The translations under genes were made by a program, and so were the position numbers. From the NCBI GenBank assembly GCA_035285865.1, contig JAYKHS010000028.1, positions 1 through 64,000 of the forward strand: a stretch of DNA of 64,000 nucleotides, read 5' to 3'. The stretch is from Candidatus Sericytochromatia bacterium (lineage in GTDB: Bacteria > Cyanobacteriota > Sericytochromatia > S15B-MN24 > VGJW01). Below the pieces are notes generated by a model, which saw nothing but the letters and a program-made list of their open reading frames with translations, had not been told where the DNA came from and ran no database searches. Every line of letters starts with the position of its first letter. Positions within the stretch are counted from its first letter, which is position 1. Shown one piece after another: positions 1 through 9,739 of the stretch.

Positions 1-229
1 CGGCGAGTTCCTCGTCCTTCACGTCCGAGATGTAGTTGCGGCCTTCGTTCACCGCAGCCACCCGTTCCGGGTTGCGGTCCAGGCCGACGACGGAAAAGCC
101 GACCTTGGCCTTCTCGACCGCGAGCGGTAGTCCGACGTAGCCGATGCCGATGACGGCAACACGCGCTTCGCGAGCCTCGATGGCCTGTTTAAGGCGCGCG
201 CCTGGCTCGCTCAGCGTCTTGTCCTGCAC
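1..229 (-). CDS. Nucleotide-sugar dehydrogenase (UDP-glucose/GDP-mannose dehydrogenase family), N-terminal part; runs off the window edge
   Basis: Manual translation from GTG at 229: MQDKTLSEPGARLKQAIEAREARVAVIGIGYVGLPLAVEKAKVGFSVVGLD; GxGYVGLP Rossmann motif typical of the family. Confidence 0.85.
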   Translation of the reverse strand, partial: MQDKTLSEPGARLKQAIEAREARVAVIGIGYVGLPLAVEKAKVGFSVVGLDRNPERVAAVNEGRNYISDVKDEELA

Positions 230-396
230 GTCACGGGTTCCTGAAGAATAGGCCGGCCGATGCCGTCAGCCTGAGGCCGTACGCTCCGGGCTCGGCCTGA
301 CGTCATTCCACCATATGCCAGCCTGCGCTGCACCTCGACGGGGCGCGGACCTTCAAGGGCTGACGGGCCAGACCTCTCCACATGCCGCCAGCGGCC

Positions 397-615
397 TCAC
401 CCCCTGCGGCTCGACCCGCTGCGGTTGTTCACTTCCAGTTGAAGGGTCGAACCGACTCCGCCCTGGGTGGTATCCATGAAGTCCTTGACGATGCTGGGGT
501 CGGCGGACCCGGCGGTATCCTTGGCGAGGCTGTCCACGAGGTCCTTGGCCGCACCCGAGAGCGGCGCCAGCCGCTGCGTCGTGCTGACCTGGGACGAGAT
601 GTTCTGCAGGCTCAT
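397..615 (-). CDS. Small hypothetical protein (72 aa)
   Basis: ATG at 615 preceded by AGGAGA; MSLQNISSQVSTTQ...; N-terminus resembles the protein starting at 34237. Confidence 0.6.
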   Translation of the reverse strand: MSLQNISSQVSTTQRLAPLSGAAKDLVDSLAKDTAGSADPSIVKDFMDTTQGGVGSTLQLEVNNRSGSSRRG

Positions 616-682
616 GCGCTTCTCCTGATGGGGATGTCTGCTTGAGGTGTACCCTTGATCCGGGACCCTGCTAACGACGGAC

Positions 683-1729
683 GTGGAGGGCAGAACGGTG
701 GCGAGCGGGCTGCGCACGCTGGGGTGGCTGCTCCTGTTGCTCTCCCTGCAGGCCGGTGTCCCTTCCGACGCGGCCCAGGCCGATGAAGCCGCGCTCGAGA
801 AGCGGCTCGATGCCCTGCGGGCTTGGCCCGGCGGCATCACGCCCCCTCGCCCCCCGGGACCTCCGACCGCGCTGCCCGATGGGGCGGACTGGGTCGCTGT
901 GGGCCGACGGCTCTTCAAGGACCCCCGGCTTTCGGGCGACGGCACCATGTCATGTGCGACCTGCCATCGTCCGGCGAACGGCTTCGCCGAACCGCGCGCA
1001 CTGGCCTCCGGTCATCGCGGCAAGCGGCTCGGCCGCCACACGCCGACGGTCGTCGACACGGCCCTGCTGTCGCGTTTCTTCTGGGACGGCCGCGCAGGTT
1101 CCCTGGCCGAGCAGGCCCTGGGGCCCATGCTCTCGCCGGACGAGATGGCCGGAGACCGTGCCTCAATCGAGCGTCTGCTGGACGCCGATCCGGCCTACAA
1201 GGCCGCGTTCCGCTCGGCCTTCGGCAGAGGCGGGACCGTCGAGGATGCCGCCTTGGCGCTCGAGGCCTACGAGCGAACCCTGGTCTCGCAGCCGTCTCGA
1301 GTCGACCGTTACCTGGCCGGGGACAAGCGTGCCTTGGACCGCCGCGAGAAGCTGGGCCTGTTCGTCTTCACGGGCAAGGGCTCCTGTACGGTATGCCACC
1401 TCGGACCTGCGTTGTCCGACGGTGCATTCCACGCCCTTGGCCAGCGGCCCGGCGAAGATGCCGCCCAAGCGGATACGGGGCGCATGGGTGTGACCGGCCT
1501 CGAAGCCGACAAGGGTGCTTTCCGGACCCCGCCCTTGAGGTCGGTTGCCCGGACGGCGCCCTACATGCATGACGGCCGCCTGCCGACGCTCGAGGCCGTG
1601 GTCGCCTTCTATGACCAAGGCGGGGGCCCCGGTCACGCGCCGCTCATCCAGCCGCTCGACCTGACGGCCGAGGAGCGGACGGCGCTGGTGGCCTTCCTCA
1701 AGGCCCTTGATGCGCCTCCTCGCCCCTGA
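683..1729 (+). CDS. Di-heme cytochrome c peroxidase / MauG family protein
   Basis: Signal peptide, CATCH and CTVCH heme motifs, GRRLFKDPRLS, FFWDGRA, FRTPPLR..TAPYMHDG. Confidence 0.9.
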   Translation: MEGRTVASGLRTLGWLLLLLSLQAGVPSDAAQADEAALEKRLDALRAWPGGITPPRPPGPPTALPDGADWVAVGRRLFKDPRLSGDGTMSCATCHRPANGFAEPRALASGHRGKRLGRHTPTVVDTALLSRFFWDGRAGSLAEQALGPMLSPDEMAGDRASIERLLDADPAYKAAFRSAFGRGGTVEDAALALEAYERTLVSQPSRVDRYLAGDKRALDRREKLGLFVFTGKGSCTVCHLGPALSDGAFHALGQRPGEDAAQADTGRMGVTGLEADKGAFRTPPLRSVARTAPYMHDGRLPTLEAVVAFYDQGGGPGHAPLIQPLDLTAEERTALVAFLKALDAPPRP

Positions 1730-2762
1730 GGGCGGACGGGAGGCGCCCTGGCGTGCCCTCGCCGCGCCCAGGCCACATCTACGTCTGGCTTGGGCGGGGG
1801 CCTGGGTGCGCATGGTGCTCTGGACCCTGCTGGCCGTCGGCGTGGCCATCTGGATCGCCGTGCCGGACCTGCGCGCCTGGGTCCGCGACCCGGTCGGTAC
1901 CTGGACGGCCGTCGAACTCGAGCAGGTCACCGATATCCTCGATCGCGAGGCGCGACGGGATGGCCCCGCTGTATCCCCGGTCCGGATTCGCGCGCGTTCG
2001 GGCGAACTGCGACAGATTGAGGACATGAGGATCCGCTGGCGGCGCCTGCGCCAGCCTATCGTGCGTCTATTCCTCGTCATGGGGGCCTGGGGTTGCGGTG
2101 GCCTGCTGGCCTTGGCGTTGGTCGATGCCGGCGGTCGCACCGCGGTTCGCGTGGCACGCTTCGGTGGTCTGCTGGCTGTGCTGTGGCTGGTGCTTCAGGC
2201 CGAGTGGGATGCCGAGGGCAACTGGTGGCCCGTGCTCTGGGTGCTGCCTGCCGCGCTGGCGATCGAGCGGGCCATGCTGTGGCTGCTGCTTTGCAACCGC
2301 TGTGCGTGGCCTTTCGGGGCATCTGCTCCGCCGGAATTCCTCTGGAGACCGGCAAGGACTCACATCGGATCTGCACCTGAGGGGTCCGGCCCGACGGAGC
2401 CACCCACGTCGTCCGGCGCTCGGGCCCTGTTGTCCGACAGGGCTCCGGGAGAGTCGCTGCAGGCCTTCGCCGCGCGCCTGCGGGCAGGAGCCCGGCAACA
2501 GGTCCGAGCGCGCCAAAACCGAGAATCTCCTGCACTGGGGCGCCGCTGGCGCGAGGCCTGCGCCACAGGAACGACCATCGGCCGTGTCGACCTGGCCCGC
2601 GAAGCCCTCGCGACACGTCCGGCGTGGCTTGGGCTGATGGCCCACGACGATCCCGATGCCGTGCGTCAGGCTTTGCTCGAGGATGCCCCCGGGCAGCACC
2701 CCGCCATCGCTCGTCCGCTCTGGCGCTTGCCGTTCCTCGGGCAGGGTGGGCCGTTGGTTTGA
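1707..2762 (+). CDS. Hypothetical membrane protein (start uncertain, possibly 1812)
   Basis: Long ORF with several hydrophobic segments filling the space between neighbouring genes. Confidence 0.5.
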   Translation: MMRLLAPEGGREAPWRALAAPRPHLRLAWAGAWVRMVLWTLLAVGVAIWIAVPDLRAWVRDPVGTWTAVELEQVTDILDREARRDGPAVSPVRIRARSGELRQIEDMRIRWRRLRQPIVRLFLVMGAWGCGGLLALALVDAGGRTAVRVARFGGLLAVLWLVLQAEWDAEGNWWPVLWVLPAALAIERAMLWLLLCNRCAWPFGASAPPEFLWRPARTHIGSAPEGSGPTEPPTSSGARALLSDRAPGESLQAFAARLRAGARQQVRARQNRESPALGRRWREACATGTTIGRVDLAREALATRPAWLGLMAHDDPDAVRQALLEDAPGQHPAIARPLWRLPFLGQGGPLV

Positions 2763-2798
2763 GAAGGTCACCTCCGGCGGTATGAAACCTGTGTGACC

Positions 2799-4457
2799 AT
2801 GCGACGACATTCTGGCTTTGCCTGGGCCCTTGTTGCCTCGATGGCCGCTGCGGCCTTGGCCGGTTGCGAAGATGCCGCCGCGGTCGCGACCGCCGCACGC
2901 GGTACGACGGCGCGTCTTGCGACCACCACCGCGACACCGGCCCCGGCCGCCCAGAGTGCGGCGGCAGCCTTCGCCGGCAATGTCCAGGGCCAGATCAAGC
3001 TGCCCGGTGGCAAGGCGTCGGCCTCGGGCATCGCCATTCACGTCTACCCGCTGGATCCCGGGGCTCCCGACACGGTTTTCCGCCAAGGCGTCGGCCTCAT
3101 CTCGAACTCCGCAGGGGCCCTGATCTCGAATTCGGCCGGTGCGCTGGTGTCCAACTCTGCCGGCCTGCGTCGCACTCAGGAGGTGTCGGATGCCCCGGGC
3201 GCCGTCACGTATACCGATGCCCAGGGCCGTTTCCAACTCGACGTGCCGGCGACCGTGCGCATCAATGTCGAGGCGGTGGCTTCGTCGGATCTGAAGGTCC
3301 TGCTGCGCGACATCGGGGCGGCCTCCGCCTCGCTCAATCTCGAACTCGCCCCCGTCGGCACCCTCGAAGGCGTCGTGACCACGACCGCCTCCGGCGTGAC
3401 GGATCTGCTGGATGCCGAGGTATTCCTGCCCGGCACGCCTTACATCGCCCGCGTGGGCAATGGCGGCGTCTTCCGTCTGCCGGGCATCCCGGCGGGCAAG
3501 CATCCGGTCGTGGTCATCCACCCGGTGCTGGGTCGCGGCAATGCCACCGTGGATATCGTCTCCGGCAAGACGGCCAAGCTGGCCAATCTCCAGATCGTCA
3601 CCAAGCCGCCGGTCATCCGGACCCTTTCGGCGCAGGTGGTGGCCCCCGGCATGCGGGTGCGCCTTGCGGGCGACGATCTCGGGATCGCGTCGGGCAAGCT
3701 GCCTGAGGTGTACCTGGGCGGTCTCAGGGCCGAGGCCTCGGTCATCGACGACGACGAGATTTCCTTCGTCGTGCCGTCGGCAGCCCGGACCGGTCCGCTG
3801 GTCGTGTCGGTTTCTGGCCTGACCAGTGCACCCGTGACCCTGCCCGTGCTGGCTTCGCTTGCCCTCGAGGCGCGTGATTCGACGGTCCATCAGGGGCCGG
3901 TCTTCTCGGACACGGTCTCGCTCGGCGTGCGGCGCCGCTACGTCGTGGTGTCGCGAGATACCGAGGGCGTTGTCCGGGAATTGGTCGACGTGCCCTGGTC
4001 CTCGACGCAGCCCGAGGTGGCGACGGTCGGCCAGGATGGCGTGCTGGCGGCGAAGGCTCCCGGCTTGGCTTGGATCCAGGTGCGGCTTGGTGACCTGACG
4101 CTGCCGTTGCCGCTGGGTGTCGCGGTCGTCGAGCCCGTTGCCGGTCTCGAGATATCCCGGGAGCCCTTGGGCTGGCTGCACACCCGGGCACCCGACGAGG
4201 AGCTGGTCGGCCTGCCGACCACGGCTACCTTGCTGGCCGTGCACCGGATGCAGGACGGTTCGGCCCGCGATCTGCCGGTGTACTGGTCGTCGGATGACCC
4301 GCGCGTCCGCATCGTGGATGCACGCCTGGAAGTCCTCGCGGACCAGGCGTCGGGTGATGTGGTCGTTTACGGTACGTCGATCGCGGACCCGTCTCGCATC
4401 GCGTCCCTGTCGATTCCGATTGAGCGTCTGGGTGGGCTCGAGGTGGGTATCCGATGA
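2799..4457 (+). CDS. Lipoprotein with carboxypeptidase-regulatory-like, IPT/TIG and Ig-like domains
   Basis: Lipobox LAGC; TDAQGRFQL; PPVIRTLS..GMRVRLAGDDLG (IPT-like); WSSTQPEVATV (Big_2-like). Confidence 0.7.
   Translation: MRRHSGFAWALVASMAAAALAGCEDAAAVATAARGTTARLATTTATPAPAAQSAAAAFAGNVQGQIKLPGGKASASGIAIHVYPLDPGAPDTVFRQGVGLISNSAGALISNSAGALVSNSAGLRRTQEVSDAPGAVTYTDAQGRFQLDVPATVRINVEAVASSDLKVLLRDIGAASASLNLELAPVGTLEGVVTTTASGVTDLLDAEVFLPGTPYIARVGNGGVFRLPGIPAGKHPVVVIHPVLGRGNATVDIVSGKTAKLANLQIVTKPPVIRTLSAQVVAPGMRVRLAGDDLGIASGKLPEVYLGGLRAEASVIDDDEISFVVPSAARTGPLVVSVSGLTSAPVTLPVLASLALEARDSTVHQGPVFSDTVSLGVRRRYVVVSRDTEGVVRELVDVPWSSTQPEVATVGQDGVLAAKAPGLAWIQVRLGDLTLPLPLGVAVVEPVAGLEISREPLGWLHTRAPDEELVGLPTTATLLAVHRMQDGSARDLPVYWSSDDPRVRIVDARLEVLADQASGDVVVYGTSIADPSRIASLSIPIERLGGLEVGIR
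3093..3164 (+). repeat. Three 24-nt coding repeats encoding (G/A)L(I/V)SNSAG
   Basis: GLISNSAG-ALISNSAG-ALVSNSAG with synonymous divergence between copies. Confidence 0.85.
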
Positions 4458-6640
4458 TGCGCCTGTGGGGAACGCTGGTGCTGGCCGTGGCGATGGCCGG
4501 ATGCCGTGTGACGCCGGAAGCGACGTCGCTGCCCGTGGCCTCTGGCGAGGCTCCGCTGGCCGCAAGTGTGCCGGCTGCCTTGGCAGACCTTCCGGTGCAG
4601 GGACTGCCCGGCAAGGTCGTGGTGAGCATTCAGTGGCCAGGTTTGGCTGCCCGGTCCACGCAAGTCATGCCGAATTCGGTCCAAGGCGTCAGGGTCACCA
4701 TCGAAAAGGTTGCAGGTCAGCCGTTGGCCGCCCAATGGGTCAAGCGGGGCACGACCGCCGTCACGACGGTGGCACTGGATGTTCCCGCCGGCGATGGATA
4801 CCGCGTCCGTGCCGGGGCCTATACCGGTTGGAATGAGGCGGATCCGGGCACCTTGCTCGCCTCGGGCGTCGCGGCCCAGATCTCCGTGCCGTGGGGCAAG
4901 ATGGCCCGCGTCACCCTCGAGATGGCGCCCGTGAATGCACCGCGCATCGTGTCCGTCGACCTGCCTGCCGCAGGCCCGGGCGCCCTGTTGGAGCTCGGCG
5001 TTGCGGGTGCCGGCGATGCCTCGGCCGGGGTGGTCGTCTTCCCGTCGGGCCGCGAGGTCGAGGTCGCCATCGCCGCTGGGTCTGCCAGCGTCAAGGTGCC
5101 GCAGGAGGCGGGTGTCGGCCCGCTTCGCTTGCGGGTGGACGGGATCCTGTCAGTCGAGGGGCCCGTGTTTCGGCAGTTGAGCGCGCTGCGCATCCTGGCA
5201 GCCGATGATCCCAGCAACGAGCTCCCCGGGCCGCGAAACGATCCGGATGATGCGGCCATTCATCTCTGGCCGGGTGCAGGGGCGCCACTGACCGTCGCGG
5301 GGACGGATGTGGAAGGCGGCGATGTTCCTGAGGTCAAAGGGGTGACCTGGAGCCGGCCCCTGCCCGGACCGTACTCTCTCTCGCCTGCGGGTCGCGTGGC
5401 GTGCCTCTCTTTGGGGCGCGGCCGCGTTCGAGCGGCTTCCGGAACTCTTACCACGGATCGCGAGTTGGAATTGGCCCCGTTCGAGGGTCCTGTCGTCAGG
5501 GTTTCCGACGATGCCGACGAGTCGAATGTCGGTCCGCGTGCGGTTTTGCTCGATGCAAAGCGGCTTCTGGTTCTCTGGAGGAATGGCAACGCTTCCAAGG
5601 TGCGTTGGCGGATCCTGACCTTGGGTGATGATGGAGTCGTCATGCGCGAACCAGTCGTTCGGGAGACCCTGGGGGCTGGCCTCTCCGAAGAGAAGCCCGT
5701 GGTGGCGGCGGTTGGCAGCACGATGGTGTTGATGCTTCACCGTCGGGGCGTCACGGCAGATGTCACGCCCGGCAAGGTTCGCGTCTCCTTTGCTATCCGG
5801 GCCCTCGATCTGATTTCCGGAGAGTTGCTTGCCTCACCCTCCCTGCACATCACGCCAAACACCGAGTTCGACTCGTACCGCCTCGGGGCAGTGGCTGCCC
5901 AGGGCGACAACTTCGAGATGGTCTACAGCAAGTGGGATGGCACCAAATACGCGAATCAATGGATCAATCTTGGCGTGGGGCCCCAACCCTTGGGAGCCGT
6001 CGCCATCAATGATCAGGGTGCAGCGCCCAAGGCCGCACGCGGTCCGATGGTAGACAACCCGGAGGTGGTGGCTCTGTCGGACGGCGGCTACATGGTCTTG
6101 GGCACGTATGAGGACGGGGGATCGCACATCCTGCAGTTCTCGACGCTGTCGGCAACTGGCAGTGCCCTGTCTTCTCGTTCCGTGGCCTACTCCTACGATC
6201 GTCCCATCAATCAGCCCAGCGTCGCGTTCGATGGAACCAATTTCCTGGTGGCGCGGTATACCGAGGGAACAGCCGGGCCCAGCGTGGAAGTTGCTCGTTA
6301 CAACCGGGACACCTTGGCTTCCCTCGATGTTCAGGCCAACTTCGTGGAAGCGGTCAACCAGCCTGCGTGGTCACCCGTAACAAAGCCTACGTCGGCAACC
6401 TATGACTCGGGCATCGGCCGGTTCCTGATCGGCTATACGCGAGCCATTCCCGGTGTAACGCCATCCGGCGTGACGGAGGGCTACCAGTCGGTCGTACGTG
6501 TCATCGATCCTTCCACAGGCAAGCCCGAAGGCAGTGCCTATCCGATGCAGACGCGCAGCCACTCGGGCACGGTGGTGCCCGGTTGGGCGGTCTACGTTCG
6601 GGACGGTGCCGTCGTGGCACGCCGTCTGAAGCTCAAGTAG
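4454..6640 (+). CDS. Large hypothetical lipoprotein (beta-rich)
   Basis: Lipobox MAGC; ATGA overlap with upstream gene; 728 aa. Confidence 0.7.
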   Translation: MMRLWGTLVLAVAMAGCRVTPEATSLPVASGEAPLAASVPAALADLPVQGLPGKVVVSIQWPGLAARSTQVMPNSVQGVRVTIEKVAGQPLAAQWVKRGTTAVTTVALDVPAGDGYRVRAGAYTGWNEADPGTLLASGVAAQISVPWGKMARVTLEMAPVNAPRIVSVDLPAAGPGALLELGVAGAGDASAGVVVFPSGREVEVAIAAGSASVKVPQEAGVGPLRLRVDGILSVEGPVFRQLSALRILAADDPSNELPGPRNDPDDAAIHLWPGAGAPLTVAGTDVEGGDVPEVKGVTWSRPLPGPYSLSPAGRVACLSLGRGRVRAASGTLTTDRELELAPFEGPVVRVSDDADESNVGPRAVLLDAKRLLVLWRNGNASKVRWRILTLGDDGVVMREPVVRETLGAGLSEEKPVVAAVGSTMVLMLHRRGVTADVTPGKVRVSFAIRALDLISGELLASPSLHITPNTEFDSYRLGAVAAQGDNFEMVYSKWDGTKYANQWINLGVGPQPLGAVAINDQGAAPKAARGPMVDNPEVVALSDGGYMVLGTYEDGGSHILQFSTLSATGSALSSRSVAYSYDRPINQPSVAFDGTNFLVARYTEGTAGPSVEVARYNRDTLASLDVQANFVEAVNQPAWSPVTKPTSATYDSGIGRFLIGYTRAIPGVTPSGVTEGYQSVVRVIDPSTGKPEGSAYPMQTRSHSGTVVPGWAVYVRDGAVVARRLKLK

Positions 6641-6644
6641 CCCG

Positions 6645-8324
6645 TTACCTGTAGGTGTCGCCCGCGAGGGCCCCTGCCGGCAGCACCGTCCAGTTCCGGC
6701 GGAACACGTCCCTCTGGCGGACGACCCGCTTCTGGCGCAGATAGTCGATCATCAGTTCGCGGACATTGTCCTGCCGATCGAACACCACCGGGCAGTCGCG
6801 GAACATGTCGAAACCGCCACCGCCACGCTGGCGGTAGGTGTTCACGGCCAGCGTGAACTGCTGGTCGTCCCGCACGGGCTTGCCCTGCCAGTTCAGCTTC
6901 ACGAGGCGCCTGCCGGGCGGACGACGCACGTCCAGCACGTAGTCGACGCCGCTGACCATGTCGTAGTTGTAGCCGCGCACGCCATCGGCCATGACCTTGC
7001 CGCCGGCCACGTAGGGTGCATAGAAGCGTGCCGACTGCTCGATGTAGGCACGCAGTCGACGGCCCGTGATGCGGACGGCGACGAGGCCGTTCTCATAGGG
7101 GTAGAGCGCGGCCACGTTGGCGATGGTCAGCGTTCCGGCGGCCAGGCCTGCTTCCGTCGTGAAGGCGGCGGCCGCCGAAAGTTGGGCACCGGTTCGCCAG
7201 CGTTGCACCTCGTTGATCAGGTCCACGATGGGCGTGTCCTCGAGCCGTGCGCGACCTGCAGGCCACTGGTCCGGGGTCCGGGCGATGGGGGCGGCGACGT
7301 AGCGGACCGTGGCCTCATGCACCCTGCGACTACCCTCGAGCACGTCCGGGTCGGGCGGCACGTCCTGCACGCCCAAGGTCGTGACGTCGCGGGCCACGAT
7401 GCGCCACGGCTCGCCCAGGCGGCGCGCCAGCTCCAGCCGGGCTACCGCCAACCGCTTGCCCCACATCTCGGCCTGCGCGAGCGACACGCCGTTGCGCTCT
7501 AGTCCGGGCACGTCCTGATGGCTATGGCCCGCAAAGACCACGTCCAGCCCGGGCACCTCGTCGGCGAGGCGCAGGACGACATTCTCGGGCGGCAATCCGG
7601 AGGATGCCGAGTACCCGCTGAAGGTCGGACCATGAGGGCCATCGCCGCCCAGACCCGAATGGGGGATGCCGAGGACCACCTCGGCGCCATGGGCCTTCAT
7701 CTCGGGGACTTCCCGCCGGAAGGCTTCCACGATGTCGCCGAAGTCGAGCTTGCCCTCGACATGGAAGCGATCCCAGATGGCGACACCCGGGGGCGTGGCT
7801 CCGATGATGCCTACCTTGACGCCGCCGACCTCGCGGATGATCCACGGGCGGAAGAAGGGATCCTTCGTGCCGTGGTGGTAGGCATTGGCCGAGACGAACG
7901 GATACCGTGCGTCCCTGCGGGCCTTGCCCAGGATGTCGAGGCCGTAGTTGAAATCGTGGTTGCCGACATCCCAGGCCGTGTAGCCCATCAGATTCAGCAC
8001 GTCGACCATGGGATGGGTGTGTTTGCGCGGGTCGCCGTGCCGGATGAACCAGTCCGTCAGGGGCGAACCCTGCAACAGGTCGCCCGAGTCCACCAGCACG
8101 ACGTTCGGGTTTTTCGCCCGTTCCCGCTTGACCAGCGTGGCCACCTTGGCGAGGCCCAGGTCTTCCGCTGCGTCGCCCTTCAGGTAGCTCGTCGGCCAGA
8201 TGTGGCCGTGGAGGTCGGTCGTGCCCAGCAGCGTCAACCGGGTCCGCTCCTCTGCTGGTGTGGCAACCGCAGCCATGAGGGGCACCGAGAGGGCCGTCAG
8301 GGCCACGAGCGGGAGGGACTTCAT
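6645..8324 (-). CDS. Bifunctional metallophosphatase / 5'-nucleotidase (2',3'-cyclic nucleotide phosphodiesterase family)
   Basis: TTDLHG, DSGDLLQG, GNHDFNYG, GHSH motifs; C-terminal YPYEN and NTYRQRGGGGF; signal peptide. Confidence 0.92.
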   Translation of the reverse strand: MKSLPLVALTALSVPLMAAVATPAEERTRLTLLGTTDLHGHIWPTSYLKGDAAEDLGLAKVATLVKRERAKNPNVVLVDSGDLLQGSPLTDWFIRHGDPRKHTHPMVDVLNLMGYTAWDVGNHDFNYGLDILGKARRDARYPFVSANAYHHGTKDPFFRPWIIREVGGVKVGIIGATPPGVAIWDRFHVEGKLDFGDIVEAFRREVPEMKAHGAEVVLGIPHSGLGGDGPHGPTFSGYSASSGLPPENVVLRLADEVPGLDVVFAGHSHQDVPGLERNGVSLAQAEMWGKRLAVARLELARRLGEPWRIVARDVTTLGVQDVPPDPDVLEGSRRVHEATVRYVAAPIARTPDQWPAGRARLEDTPIVDLINEVQRWRTGAQLSAAAAFTTEAGLAAGTLTIANVAALYPYENGLVAVRITGRRLRAYIEQSARFYAPYVAGGKVMADGVRGYNYDMVSGVDYVLDVRRPPGRRLVKLNWQGKPVRDDQQFTLAVNTYRQRGGGGFDMFRDCPVVFDRQDNVRELMIDYLRQKRVVRQRDVFRRNWTVLPAGALAGDTYR

Positions 8325-8328
8325 GCCC

Positions 8329-9663
8329 TCATTCTAGCGGAAGCCGGGCCAGCGTCCTCCGATCCCGGCCGAGCAGCCAGAGATGCTCCGCGCTGCAGGC
8401 CATCGCGCTGATGGCCGGCTTGCCCCGGCCGGCAAGCACCAGGCTGGTGCCGGAGCGACGGTCGAGCTGGACGAGGCGTTCGCCCACCTCGAGCCAAAGG
8501 CGCCCCTTGGAGTCCGTCGTGGCCTGGTTGGCCGGTCTCGGCAGAAGCCACCGTGCTTCGATGGTTCCGGTGCGGGACAATCGGGTCGCCACCGCGCCGC
8601 CCAGTGCCCAGCAGCTGCCGTTGCCTGCGGGCAGCAGACGCGTCGGGGGGGTCGGCAGGTCCAGCTCCCATCTTGCTTCCCCGACGGAGGCAAGGCCGAT
8701 CGCGCCCGTCGGCAGGCGAGCGCCATCCGGGGCCGCAAGGCCTGCGGCGGGCGCGTGCACGGGCAACTGGACGGCCAGAGGGCAGGCGCCCTGTGCGTCC
8801 AGGACATGCGCCGCGTGCCGGTTGCCATCCAGGGTCTGCCACCAGACCCGCCCGGCTTCCCCCGACGCCAGCAGCAGGCCGCGGCCCCGCGTCTGTCGCA
8901 CCCATCGCACCTGGTTCCGGCTGTCCCGGTAGCTCAGGGTCGACCGCCAGGCGTCTTGGGTCAGCAGGAGCAGGTCCGCGTCCCCGGGACCTGCTGGCAG
9001 CGCCGCGACCAATTCCTGGTCGATGCCACTCGCGACGGCCTCCGTGACCCGGCCCTGTTCGTCGATGCGCCACGCACGCTGTCGGTCGTGGGCCACCAGT
9101 TGCCGTCCCCCGGCAAGGTCACGGCAGGCGGCCGGGAGCGTGAAGAGCGAGACGGACCTGGCCTCGGGCTTGCCGTCGGGCCGCCACACCTCCAGCCCGG
9201 CGGTGTCGAGTCCGCCGATGTCCACGCGGCGCGCGGCAGCGCGTCCGTCGGCCTCGCCTTCGCGGAAGAGGGCCACGGGCAGGGGGCCGGTGGGTGCTCC
9301 TGCGGCCTTGGCAGGCAACAGCGTCAGCAAAATCGGACCCGCATCTAGACTGCCGAAGGCATAACGGCCCTGACGGTCGCTGCGGACCCTCGCCTCTGCG
9401 GTCCCTGACCAAGGCCGGCGTGCTTCGACGACCCAGTCGACAAGGGCCTTGCCCTGTCGGTCCGTCAGGCGGCCGTGCAGGCTCGTGCCCTCCGGAAGAG
9501 CCAGCGGCCTCGCATGCAGGTCTACCGTTCGTGCCGGCTTCGGGGGAAGCGGACCGTCCTGAGCCAGCGCCGGGATGGCGACGAGGAGGCCGGCGAGCGC
9601 CACCATCAGGGAACGGGGCGGAAAGGGGTCGGGACGCAGGCGAGGAACGGGATGGGCGCGCAT
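8329..9663 (-). CDS. Secreted protein with carboxypeptidase-regulatory-like domain
   Basis: GGAGG RBS before ATG at 9663; signal-like segment; GRLTDRQGKAL..SDRQGRYAF. Confidence 0.55.
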   Translation of the reverse strand: MRAHPVPRLRPDPFPPRSLMVALAGLLVAIPALAQDGPLPPKPARTVDLHARPLALPEGTSLHGRLTDRQGKALVDWVVEARRPWSGTAEARVRSDRQGRYAFGSLDAGPILLTLLPAKAAGAPTGPLPVALFREGEADGRAAARRVDIGGLDTAGLEVWRPDGKPEARSVSLFTLPAACRDLAGGRQLVAHDRQRAWRIDEQGRVTEAVASGIDQELVAALPAGPGDADLLLLTQDAWRSTLSYRDSRNQVRWVRQTRGRGLLLASGEAGRVWWQTLDGNRHAAHVLDAQGACPLAVQLPVHAPAAGLAAPDGARLPTGAIGLASVGEARWELDLPTPPTRLLPAGNGSCWALGGAVATRLSRTGTIEARWLLPRPANQATTDSKGRLWLEVGERLVQLDRRSGTSLVLAGRGKPAISAMACSAEHLWLLGRDRRTLARLPLE

Positions 9664-9739
9664 GGATACCTCCGCCCACCAGCTTCCGTCTGCGGAGTGA
9701 CTTTCCGGTGACAGGGGCCATGGGCCGACGCCCGAGGCC

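Noticed and set aside
2067..4565. Long antisense ORFs (also 10444-12453, 26199-28604, 40075-41892, 55044-56732 and others)
   Set aside because: Shadow frames of GC-rich genes on the opposite strand, with no recognisable motifs
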